From positions 1 through 34,977 of IMG/VR virus record IMGVR_UViG_3300020045_009886: a DNA stretch of 34,977 nt. One strand, given 5' to 3'. A program made the position numbers and the translations under genes. The notes under the pieces were generated by a model. The model worked only from the letters and a program-made list of their open reading frames with translations, did not search any database and had not been told where the DNA came from. The stretch's first letter is position 1; each line of letters starts with the position of its first letter. Below are positions 8,958-17,110 of the stretch, in pieces. This DNA is from a virus. Lineage: Duplodnaviria; Caudoviricetes.

Positions 8958-10655
8958 TTATTTTACCTGTGTTACTTTGAACCCACTCGGCTCGTCATCA
9001 TTAGCCGGCGGCGATACACGCGCCAGCAATCCGGTCAGCTCCTTCGGCTTCATCTTGCGCACGTCGCTAATGGTCACGCCAAACGCCCGATAGCTGGTTT
9101 CGCCAGTTTCATTCTGGTGCCGCTCGAATCCCGCCAGAATGCTATCAATCAGCGCCTGCTTTTTGGCGCGCGCTTCAACGATCTTTTCGGCCTGCCCACG
9201 CTTCATGCCCTGCGCCATCAGCTCAGGCACCGTCTGCGCCTTGCCCTGCAGCACGCGCTTAGCACGGCGCATCACGTCAAGGGCTTCGGTTGATAGCTCC
9301 ACCAGCATGCCGTCTTTTTGCTCGACCTTGCGCGCTTTGATTTCATAAACGTGGGCGCAAACAGGGCATGCAGGCTCAGGGCGGTGGATCGCGTAGCACT
9401 TCGGGCAAGTGCTGACTTTCACATCGGCCTCGTCGTCGTTGTCGTTGGCTGCGCGCTTCTTTTTCTTGCGGCCTTCGAGCGACCATGTTCGTTCATCGTC
9501 TGGTAGTCCATGCCTGAGCACGTTACCGCTATGGTCGAGCAAAATTGCTACTTTGCCAGGCGCTGGGCGTAGAGCGCGCCCCCAACGCTGCATCGCATTT
9601 ACTAGCGACTGCGTTGGGGCAAGGTCAATCAGGCAATCGATTGTGACATCCTTCTGCGCGATACTTGCCAAGTCGAAGCCTTCCGACACCAGATTGACCT
9701 GGGTAAGAACCATCACTTTGCCATCGGCAAAATCAACGATAGCCTTGTCTCGAGTAGCGTCGTCGATTTTCCCGTCAATGTGCGCGGCTGGGATTCCGTA
9801 CTGGTTAAACTCGTCCGCAACGTGCTTGCTGTGTTCAACACTGACACAAAAAACAACAGCGCGAGTACCACCAGCCAATTGCTTATAGTGCTGGATAGCG
9901 TCGCCGGTAATGCTGGGCTTATCTACCCGATCTAGAACATCAGAAGCGAGGTAATCGCCCATTCTGGTGCGTACGCCAGCCATATCAATCGGCGTGTGAG
10001 TTGTGAACACGCGATACGGAGAGAGGAAGCCGTTCTCAATGAGCCAGCTCATTGGCGGACCTTCAATGAGAACGTCGGCATATCCGCCATGCCCAGCACC
10101 AAGTCCACGACCATCTAAACGCTCTGGCGACGCTGTGACAAGCAGTCCAGCCGCATCAGGGTATCGCTCCATGACGCGTCCCCACTGCGTATCTTCGACG
10201 ACGTGATGGCTCTCGTCGATTACCACCAGCATTTTGGATGGCTTGCCCAGCTTCTTTGTTTGGCTTTCAATGACAGCATCAATTTGCGGGAAGCGTGAAA
10301 CGATAGTCTGAACGCTGCCTACCATCGTTGTGCTCATAGGATTCACGAACGAGCGACCGAATGCTTTGAATTGGGCTACCTTAATCGATCGAATTTTGTC
10401 GGCCGGCGCGATAATCTGATGCTCGACGCCGAATTTTGCCAGAGACATACTAATTTGCCAGATAATCTCTTTCCGATGCGCAGCAATCAGCACAACAGTG
10501 TCACGCGATGCAGCCTGGCTCGTAACATACGAGAAAATTATAGTTTTTCCCGCACCGGTGCTCGCTACAACTAATGGGCATTTGTAGCGCTGAGCATAGG
10601 CGGTTCTAATTTGGTCTACTAGGTTTTGCTGGTAATCCCGCAGTTTAATTGCCAT
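8958..10655 (-). CDS. SF2 DExH helicase (RadD/YejH-like) with C-terminal zinc finger
   Basis: LRDYQ Q-motif, STGAGKT, DESHH, TASPER, SEGFD, QRWGRALR, CPKC..CPVC; start MAIKL at 10655 with GGAGA upstream. Confidence 0.9.
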   Translation of the reverse strand: MAIKLRDYQQNLVDQIRTAYAQRYKCPLVVASTGAGKTIIFSYVTSQAASRDTVVLIAAHRKEIIWQISMSLAKFGVEHQIIAPADKIRSIKVAQFKAFGRSFVNPMSTTMVGSVQTIVSRFPQIDAVIESQTKKLGKPSKMLVVIDESHHVVEDTQWGRVMERYPDAAGLLVTASPERLDGRGLGAGHGGYADVLIEGPPMSWLIENGFLSPYRVFTTHTPIDMAGVRTRMGDYLASDVLDRVDKPSITGDAIQHYKQLAGGTRAVVFCVSVEHSKHVADEFNQYGIPAAHIDGKIDDATRDKAIVDFADGKVMVLTQVNLVSEGFDLASIAQKDVTIDCLIDLAPTQSLVNAMQRWGRALRPAPGKVAILLDHSGNVLRHGLPDDERTWSLEGRKKKKRAANDNDDEADVKVSTCPKCYAIHRPEPACPVCAHVYEIKARKVEQKDGMLVELSTEALDVMRRAKRVLQGKAQTVPELMAQGMKRGQAEKIVEARAKKQALIDSILAGFERHQNETGETSYRAFGVTISDVRKMKPKELTGLLARVSPPANDDEPSGFKVTQVK

Positions 10656-11310
10656 TTTTCCATTCTCCGCTGTAACCCCTTGAATGTGCCGCCAAAGAGA
10701 GAGCATCTTCGACCGACCAACCAAGTCTCAGCCGCGTTTTAATTGTATTAGGACGAATACCAAGCTTCACCGCCCAATCTGAAAGCGCCATTGTTTCGCC
10801 ATTCAGCGTGAGCATCCTGACTTTTCTGGTGTTCAGCGCTTGCCGCTCGTTCACAATCCATGTGCAGTTCGATGGCTCATAGTTCCCGTTGACATCAACG
10901 CGCTCGATGGTCGAAACCCCAGCAACGTAACCACTGCCAATCGCCCAAGCGAAGAAGTTCGGAAACGAATTTTTCCATTCATCGCAGATCGATATGCCTC
11001 GGCCTCCGTAATTCGGATAGTCTTTCGACGTAAGCCGGTAGCACCTGGCTTTCATTGAACCCCAAACGTCATAAAGCTTTTTGTGATCCTTACTAAGCCC
11101 GTGCGTTTTAAGTATTGGCGAGCAGCCACAATGCGACGCCATGTTCTTTTTTTGTGAAACGGTCAAATTAGCAGAAGTGCGCTCGACAATTTGACCGCAG
11201 TCACAGCGCAGTCGCCAGCTATAACGGCCTTCTGCGCTGCGCTCGCCAAGATGAAATGCCACCAGCTTGCCAAATCTCTGAAATGTTAAATCCACAATAT
11301 TATTAGCCAT
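10645..11310 (-). CDS. free-standing HNH-type homing endonuclease
   Basis: LRCDCG, HCGC, WGSMKARC, YPNYGGRGISICDEW, TIERVDVNGNYEPSNCTW, C-terminal HTH-like LSDWA..LGI...TIKTRL. Confidence 0.85.
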   Translation of the reverse strand: MANNIVDLTFQRFGKLVAFHLGERSAEGRYSWRLRCDCGQIVERTSANLTVSQKKNMASHCGCSPILKTHGLSKDHKKLYDVWGSMKARCYRLTSKDYPNYGGRGISICDEWKNSFPNFFAWAIGSGYVAGVSTIERVDVNGNYEPSNCTWIVNERQALNTRKVRMLTLNGETMALSDWAVKLGIRPNTIKTRLRLGWSVEDALSLAAHSRGYSGEWKNGN

Positions 11311-11319
11311 GCTGTTATC

Positions 11320-11421
11320 TTATAGCGTTGCAACGTTATAAGCATACACGATATTGCCCATGCTGTACGCCTGGCGCACCTCATCGGCTAGGTTCTGCTG
11401 GTATGGGCGTAGCTTGATCAT
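11320..11421 (-). pseudogene. orphaned original 5' end of the helicase gene (33 aa)
   Basis: translates MIKLRPYQQNLADEVRQAYSMGNIVYAYNVATL*, versus helicase MAIKLRDYQQNLVDQIRTAYA; GGAGGT RBS and ATGA overlap with the MTase stop. Confidence 0.85.
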
Positions 11422-12845
11422 GCGGCGACCTCCGCTGAATATTTTTGGTTATCGTTGCCAGCGGCGATGCTGACGAAATAGGCGATGCGCTTGCCAACGA
11501 AGCGCATGCACGGTACGGCCATTGAGTTGCCAAGCGCTTTGTAGCGGCCACCATCGGGGCAATCTTCGGCGGGTTTGCCGCGCCAAGGGATTGCCGTGTA
11601 CCCGTCAGGGAAGCCCTGTAAGCGCTCGCATTCGACTGGCGTTAGGCGGCGCACTGCCATGCCATTGGCCACCCCATGCCGATCAGTAACCGTCTGGCAC
11701 GGCGCAACCTCCAACACCGGCTCAACCGCATTGCCGCCGTTCTCTGGCGCGCGGCCTATCCAGTTGCCATGAATGCCGTAGGCGACGCCCTCATGCCTAC
11801 CCCCATCGCCACCGCGCTGAATAGTTGGCTGCAGGTCACGCAGTACATTCAGTTCCTCGCTAAATCCAAAAACCGCATTCTCCTGCCCCAGCGTATGCGC
11901 CTGATCGACGTTTATGTCGGGGTCTTGGGTGCCGTGGACTGATAGGATTAAGTCGCTTGCTGACTTGTAATCACGCGCAGCAATCGTACTCGCCACTGGC
12001 GCAGTGCCATACTCGCCAGTTGATTGGCGGTCGAAGGTGGCAACATAGTTATCACTGTCCGCACGATGGCTTGATTGAGCCTTAGCGAGAAGCGAGTGCG
12101 CTACTTCGGTGCAGATGCTTGGATTTGTTCCTGCTCCGCGACTGCGACCAGCGCTTGCTTCAAGCGTTCCGGCAACTTCTTCCCGCGACTCTCGGCTCGG
12201 CGCAGAATCCCTGCGCAGGCCGTCGAACTCAAAAAGTATTTGCGCGGGATGGATGTCTTTTCGAGCACTTGCGACAAGGAACACACGGCGGCGTCGTTGG
12301 GCCACTCCGAAATATTGGGCGTCCAGAACGCGCCATGCGATTGTTCGCGTGGGGCCAAACACACAACCAGCGTTCGCCCATTTGCCCCCTGGGGCTTCGA
12401 GCTCGCAATCTTCGCCGGCCAAAGCGCCAAGAAAGCATCCGAAGGCATTGCCTTTGTCGCTGAGGACGCCTGGCACGTTTTCCCAAGCGATAATTGCTGG
12501 CTGCTCGCCTCGTCCTGCTCGAACATGGTCAATTGCATCTGCTAACTCCACATATTTAATCGTCAATTGGCCGCGTGGGTCGTTTAGACCTTCACGCATA
12601 CCGGCCACAGAAAAGGCTTGGCAGGGTGTGCCGCCAACCAGAATATCAGGCGCTTCAACTTCACCGGTCAGCACCTTCGTAGCGATGGTTGTCATATCGC
12701 CAAGATTAGGAACATCGGGGTAATGATTAGCCAAAACAGCAGACGGGAACGGCTCAATCTCAGCAAGCCAAGCAGCCCGCCAGCCTAATTCGTGCCAAGC
12801 AACGCTGGCTGCTTCTATCCCGCTACAAACTGAGCCGAACCGCAT
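11418..12845 (-). CDS. DNA (cytosine-5) methyltransferase
   Basis: motif I SVCSGI, IV GGTPCQAFS, VI ENVPG, VIII QRRRRVF, IX RRLTPVECERLQGFP, X YKALGNS. Confidence 0.93.
   Translation of the reverse strand: MRFGSVCSGIEAASVAWHELGWRAAWLAEIEPFPSAVLANHYPDVPNLGDMTTIATKVLTGEVEAPDILVGGTPCQAFSVAGMREGLNDPRGQLTIKYVELADAIDHVRAGRGEQPAIIAWENVPGVLSDKGNAFGCFLGALAGEDCELEAPGGKWANAGCVFGPTRTIAWRVLDAQYFGVAQRRRRVFLVASARKDIHPAQILFEFDGLRRDSAPSRESREEVAGTLEASAGRSRGAGTNPSICTEVAHSLLAKAQSSHRADSDNYVATFDRQSTGEYGTAPVASTIAARDYKSASDLILSVHGTQDPDINVDQAHTLGQENAVFGFSEELNVLRDLQPTIQRGGDGGRHEGVAYGIHGNWIGRAPENGGNAVEPVLEVAPCQTVTDRHGVANGMAVRRLTPVECERLQGFPDGYTAIPWRGKPAEDCPDGGRYKALGNSMAVPCMRFVGKRIAYFVSIAAGNDNQKYSAEVAA
12101..12538 (-). 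CDS. nested +1-frame ORF, putative methyltransferase beta-subunit-like protein
   Basis: 145 aa wholly inside the MTase gene; GGAG 7 nt before ATG; CSLSQVLE..IP.KYFLS..AC.GILRRA..RGK.LP block. Confidence 0.65.
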   Translation of the reverse strand: MQLTMFEQDEASSQQLSLGKTCQASSATKAMPSDAFLALWPAKIASSKPQGANGRTLVVCLAPREQSHGAFWTPNISEWPNDAAVCSLSQVLEKTSIPRKYFLSSTACAGILRRAESRGKKLPERLKQALVAVAEQEQIQASAPK

Positions 12846-12872
12846 AGTAAATCCTTTTTAGATAATAGATAT

Positions 12873-12901
12873 AGTTTAATAGATCGTCTTTACTTTGTAA
12901 A
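12873..12901 (-). promoter_or_regulatory. promoter with operator palindrome for the MTase-helicase operon
   Basis: minus strand TTTACA-17nt-TAAACT; TTTACTTTGTAAA at 12889-12901. Confidence 0.68.
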
Positions 12902-12914
12902 TACTACTTGCCGA

Positions 12915-12941
12915 ATAAACCGCCAATGAAGGCGGTATTTT
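12915..12941 (-). terminator. probable terminator after ssb
   Basis: ACCGCC..GGCGGT hairpin followed by TTTATT on the minus strand. Confidence 0.55.
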
Positions 12942-12980
12942 GCGGGAAGCTGCTAATCTACTGGCTTCGCTGGCTATACA

Positions 12981-13421
12981 TCAAAATGGGATGTCATCTG
13001 AAAAATCATCTGCAAAACCTCCGTTCTGACCTGCCGGAGCTGCCTGCTGTTGCTGCGCTGGCGGTGCCGACTGCTGCTGACCGCCAGATTGACCCGCCTG
13101 CTGGCTATCCTGCTTCGGGCCGACCAATTCGATCTGCGTGATCGTGCCAGCCAGTTTGTGGCCTTCGCCGTTCTTGCCTTGGAACGACTCGATATGCAGC
13201 TCGCGGATCGCAACAAACACCTGACCGCCTTTTTTCAGGTACGGCTCAAGCACTTCGGCCTGCTTGCCCCATAGCGCAGCATCAACCCATTGCGTCGGGC
13301 GGTTGCCGTCAGCGCCTTTGCGCCCGTAGTTGAAAGCCAGCGATAGATTGATTACTACTTCGCTGCCAGCGGTGCGCAATTCAGCATCGCGCCCAATTCG
13401 TCCTACACCAGTAAAAATCAT
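12981..13421 (-). CDS. ssb: single-stranded DNA-binding protein
   Basis: GRIGRDAELR, Q/G-rich linker, acidic DDIPF C-terminus. Confidence 0.92.
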   Translation of the reverse strand: MIFTGVGRIGRDAELRTAGSEVVINLSLAFNYGRKGADGNRPTQWVDAALWGKQAEVLEPYLKKGGQVFVAIRELHIESFQGKNGEGHKLAGTITQIELVGPKQDSQQAGQSGGQQQSAPPAQQQQAAPAGQNGGFADDFSDDIPF

Positions 13422-13439
13422 GATTAGTTCCTTAAAAAA

Positions 13440-13847
13440 TTAAAATTGTTTCCCGCCATCAGCGCGGCGGTTTTCTGGTTTGTGATCGGCGCGCTGGCTG
13501 TTGAAAATTAGTTTTTCAGAAATAGCGCCGCCCAAGTCCAAGCCCATTGCACCAGCAAGATCAAAGATGCGGATCACGGCGTCGGCCAGTTCGACCTCGA
13601 TCATTTTTCGACTCGGGATTTTATCGTCCATCAAATTTTTGCGGTGGCCTTCCATCGCCTCGCTGATTTCCGAATGAATCAGGCAAAGCTTCTCAGGCAC
13701 GTTGAAACTGGCGCGAAGGTCGGCACCGGTCTGCAGATCAGACCACCAGCCAGATTGATACGCTGCGCCGTGGCAAGCATCCGTCAGCAGCTTGGCAGAT
13801 TGGAAAATTGCGGCGGTATGTACGCCAGCGATTAGTTTTTGTGTCAT
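13440..13847 (-). CDS. MazG-like nucleotide pyrophosphohydrolase
   Basis: LIHSEISEAMEG..K and EVELADAVIRIFD (ExxE..ExxD); start MTQK at 13847. Confidence 0.78.
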   Translation of the reverse strand: MTQKLIAGVHTAAIFQSAKLLTDACHGAAYQSGWWSDLQTGADLRASFNVPEKLCLIHSEISEAMEGHRKNLMDDKIPSRKMIEVELADAVIRIFDLAGAMGLDLGGAISEKLIFNSQRADHKPENRRADGGKQF

Positions 13848-14110
13848 TTTATCAGTCCTTGTTTCCGTTTGATGTTTTGCTCTTCTTGCCACCCGTCGCG
13901 GCATTCACTATCGCAGAATCGCGGTGTACCTGTTGGCGCTGGCGAATCTTCTCGAATCATCAGCAGTAGAACTTCGTTTGAAACCATCTGCTCTTCGCAA
14001 TACAGGCAGCAGCCCGTAGCAGCTGGCCCACTAACAGCCGTAGCCTTTTTAATGTCAGCAGCCAACGCCAGGTCGTTCAATTCAGAAGCGCGGTCGATAT
14101 CATCAGCCAT
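13844..14110 (-). CDS. TraR/DksA-like C4 zinc-finger protein
   Basis: MADDIDRASE (DxxDxA), CLYC...FCDSEC. Confidence 0.65.
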   Translation of the reverse strand: MADDIDRASELNDLALAADIKKATAVSGPAATGCCLYCEEQMVSNEVLLLMIREDSPAPTGTPRFCDSECRDGWQEEQNIKRKQGLIK

Positions 14111-14780
14111 TTGCTTGATCCGTAGGCGACTGCGCCATTTCGTAGAGAACACCCATCGCCAGGTAGTTCAGTGCGCCAAGCAATTCACGCTGGCGAGCTT
14201 CTCCATCTTTGCCTTGCGCCTCACGCAATTTTTTGTTGGCTTGGAAAAACAATCCGCCCACGCCGTAATCGTCTGCTAGCGATACCCACTGCTGATCGAG
14301 GAAAGGCTTAGCCTCGCCACCGTGGCGCTCGCCCTTGCCCTTAGTGAGCTGGTGGATAGCCAGATCGAAAACCTGCTGCAGCGGGTGCGACGGCTGAACG
14401 CCTAACCGTTGCAGATCATCGGTAGTCGCTGCATCAAGCCAATTCGCAGGCGGATCATCAGGATCGTGCGTCAATGGCGCTGGGCCAACTGGCAATGATG
14501 GGCTGGCGTTCAGGTATTCTGTGCTGGCGGCAATGAATTCCGTAGAGGCCAAACCTATATAATAGTCGCGGCCATGCTGCGTAATACAAAACAACGGCGA
14601 GACGTAATCTAAACTTTCTACGCCAGTGTTAGCAACAAAACATTCAGCGCGTAGCTCGTCGATTGCCACTGAAATGGATACGCTATTGAATCCGGTTTTA
14701 CGTTCGATTTGTGATGGCGTTTGTTCGCCATCATCAATTAAGCACTGCAAGATTTGCTTGTGAATCAATAGTAATTGCAT
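14103..14780 (-). CDS. two-domain protein: putative winged-helix N-terminus plus conserved all-helical phage domain
   Basis: TPSQIERKTGF....ISVAIDEL..E.FV...ITQHGR wHTH-like; C-terminal GKGERHG..F..Q..QANKKLREA..ELLGALNYLA. Confidence 0.55.
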   Translation of the reverse strand: MQLLLIHKQILQCLIDDGEQTPSQIERKTGFNSVSISVAIDELRAECFVANTGVESLDYVSPLFCITQHGRDYYIGLASTEFIAASTEYLNASPSLPVGPAPLTHDPDDPPANWLDAATTDDLQRLGVQPSHPLQQVFDLAIHQLTKGKGERHGGEAKPFLDQQWVSLADDYGVGGLFFQANKKLREAQGKDGEARQRELLGALNYLAMGVLYEMAQSPTDQANG

Positions 14781-14791
14781 TTTAGTCTCGC

Positions 14792-15838
14792 CTAGAAAAA
14801 TTCGTTGTCGTCGCCAGATTCGGCGGGGCTAGGGTCAGAAGCAGCAGGCTCGGCGGCGGCGGGCTCGGCTTCTGGCTCAGGCGCAACCGTTGCGGCTAGT
14901 GGCGTAGCGGCTACATTCGCAGCGGCGGCATTCAGTGCGTTCACGGCTGGCGCAGTCTCGCCGCCTCCATCTGCAACACGGCGTGACTCATCCCACGCTG
15001 TAGCGCTTGCAGCACATGAATCGCGGAACTCGGTACCCAGCGTCTTGCGCAGCTTAGGCGTCAATGCATTCCAAGCTGCTTTGAACGCCTCCAACCCTTG
15101 CTCGGTCACGTTCAGCATTGAGCCACGCGCCTGCTCGATGGCGGGGTCAACCTGAATCGCGCCATCTACCCAAGCGCGAAGCGAAGCGCCGTCCTGCGGC
15201 GTGATGTAGCCCTTGCCGCGACCGAGAATGGCCTGCAGCTCGGCGGGGCATTTGAGTACGTCTTGGCGAACGCCTTGGTCGTGCATTAGCAGCGACACGG
15301 TAGCCTCAAACGAAAAGTTCTTTTCTTGAATCGGCTGGATGCCCAACGAGCGCGGATTTTTCGGGTCGGTAAAATCGACCTTTTCGCGCGCTCGGGTGCA
15401 GGCGATCACATGCGCTGAGCATTGCAGCATGTACGTCATAAAGCGCTTGTGCTGCGCCTTAGCAGCCTTCCAATCAGGGAAGCGCGTCTGACTGGCGATC
15501 CACTCGCAGCCGCCCTCGGACTCCCACTCATGTGTGGTCGAGTCGATAACGACCACCTCAGCGCCAGCTTTGCACGCAGCCTCGATTGCCTCGATGTAAC
15601 GCGCTGGCGAAAATGGCGCGTAGAAGTCGATAATGTTGAACGGCTCAGGCAGCGCATTAGCATACAGCGACCCGCGACGGTTTTCGGTGTCGATCATGAC
15701 GATCTTGCTGGCATCGCCGCCAGTCATGCCATAGGCTAGCTGCAGCGCTGAGTAGGTCTTTCCGGAGCCAGACACGCCAGAAAGTTGGATTAGTAGTCGA
15801 GCACCTTGGCGCTCGGCTTTGCGTACTTGGAAGCTCAT
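14792..15838 (-). CDS. Sak4-like AAA ATPase / single-strand annealing protein
   Basis: GVSGSGKT, IDTE, VVIDSTTHEW; lies between the exonuclease and ssb. Confidence 0.8.
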   Translation of the reverse strand: MSFQVRKAERQGARLLIQLSGVSGSGKTYSALQLAYGMTGGDASKIVMIDTENRRGSLYANALPEPFNIIDFYAPFSPARYIEAIEAACKAGAEVVVIDSTTHEWESEGGCEWIASQTRFPDWKAAKAQHKRFMTYMLQCSAHVIACTRAREKVDFTDPKNPRSLGIQPIQEKNFSFEATVSLLMHDQGVRQDVLKCPAELQAILGRGKGYITPQDGASLRAWVDGAIQVDPAIEQARGSMLNVTEQGLEAFKAAWNALTPKLRKTLGTEFRDSCAASATAWDESRRVADGGGETAPAVNALNAAAANVAATPLAATVAPEPEAEPAAAEPAASDPSPAESGDDNEFF

Positions 15839-16854
15839 GCTTTTTCTCCGATTGAATCTTCAATGATTTTGTCGGCCCAGCCAGGCATCGCCAGATCAAC
15901 CACCTCGGTCGGGTAGCCTGGCCACTGGTTCAGGTCTTGGCATACGGAAAGCAGCTCAAGCTGGCGGCGATACTGCTTGCGGCCAAATGCGATCAGGTCA
16001 GCCGAGCACGAATAAACGGCGGTAGCGAACGGGGCATCTTTTTCCTGCGCCAACCATAGGAAAGCTGGTGGCTGGTCGGTTCCGTAGGCAATCTGATAGC
16101 CGTCAGAATAATACGCGGCCTGCATCGGGTAGTCGTAATTCCAGACCGACTTGGCAAAGCCATCAGCGCTGGCGTCATTCGTGGACTTGCCGTCAACGAT
16201 CAGGCCATACGGGAACAGCTCGCACGGTGGCACATGGTAGTCAGGGCGGATTTTGCAGCGCACTCCGGTTGGCGCGTCAGTCCAGAAAATTGACTGCTCA
16301 GCTACTCCGCCAGCTTGGGAAAAAATAACCCGCACTGCAGGATGGTTGCGTGCTGCTGCGGCCATGCGCTCAACGTCGGAAAGATCGTCAGCGCTCAGTA
16401 GCGTTTTGCCGATTAGCGGCTTAGCGGCTTCCAGTACCTGAGCCAGAACGGCTTCTTCGACGCCAGTCTTTCCAGCGGTCGCCAGCTCAGCCAGTAGCGC
16501 CTTGCCTTCCTTCGTGGTTTTGCCAAGGCCGTCTGGAATGGCCACATGCGTATCAAGGAATGTTTCCATATCGGCTAGGGCGGTGTTCACCAGCTTGCCC
16601 AGCGTGCTTGCGCCGCTGATGCCGTGATCAGCCGCGTACTCAATGCCAAAGCGAGCAGGCTCAAAAATCGCGGTGTGCCAAGCCGTGCCAATCATAAACT
16701 GGCGAGAAACGGTGCGCTGCTTACGGTCTGGATCACGATAAGCCGACCAGAAATGCAACGGCGATTGTGCAATAAGTTTTAGTCCTGATGATCCTACCGC
16801 CTCATCAGCATGGTAGTCCGCATTGGGTAAATCGTTCAAAATTGTAGCGCTCAC
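15835..16854 (-). CDS. PD-(D/E)XK exonuclease (RecE/ExoVIII-like, DUF3799)
   Basis: YHAD..VGSSGLK, GTAWH, EQSIFW, CKIRPD, IVDGKST, Y.MQAAYY, WPGY. Confidence 0.85.
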   Translation of the reverse strand: MSATILNDLPNADYHADEAVGSSGLKLIAQSPLHFWSAYRDPDRKQRTVSRQFMIGTAWHTAIFEPARFGIEYAADHGISGASTLGKLVNTALADMETFLDTHVAIPDGLGKTTKEGKALLAELATAGKTGVEEAVLAQVLEAAKPLIGKTLLSADDLSDVERMAAAARNHPAVRVIFSQAGGVAEQSIFWTDAPTGVRCKIRPDYHVPPCELFPYGLIVDGKSTNDASADGFAKSVWNYDYPMQAAYYSDGYQIAYGTDQPPAFLWLAQEKDAPFATAVYSCSADLIAFGRKQYRRQLELLSVCQDLNQWPGYPTEVVDLAMPGWADKIIEDSIGEKA

Positions 16855-16979
16855 AATTGTCTCCTAGAATATAGCGCCCTAAAAAATCGCCAGAGCTTGC
16901 GCCAGGCGATTACGTTCAAAATTCTGTTTGAAAACCATCAGCTAGGCAAGATGCAAAGCCTTTGCTGCCGACGTGTTCA

Positions 16980-17008
16980 AATATAGCGCAACTAATTTAC
17001 TTTGTAAA
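16980..17008 (-). promoter_or_regulatory. promoter with operator palindrome for the recombination operon
   Basis: minus strand TTTACA-17nt-TATATT; TTTACTTTGTAAA at 16996-17008. Confidence 0.7.
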
Positions 17009-17110
17009 TTGTTTTTTGTTTTATTTCACACAATCAAATGTCCAATGATTGTGCTTTGCATTCGGCCTACATGCCTATCTTATCCTCAGGCTTGAACTTG
17101 AGTTGGAAAA

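Noticed and set aside
10645-11421. Group I intron or intein in the helicase
   Set aside because: The downstream helicase has its own start, RBS and Q-motif, so splicing is unnecessary; flanks are too short for an intron core and there are no intein terminal motifs.
11418-12845. Restriction-modification system formed by the MTase and HNH
   Set aside because: The HNH is the homing type and sits inside the helicase 5' end; the MTase fits a solitary phage enzyme.
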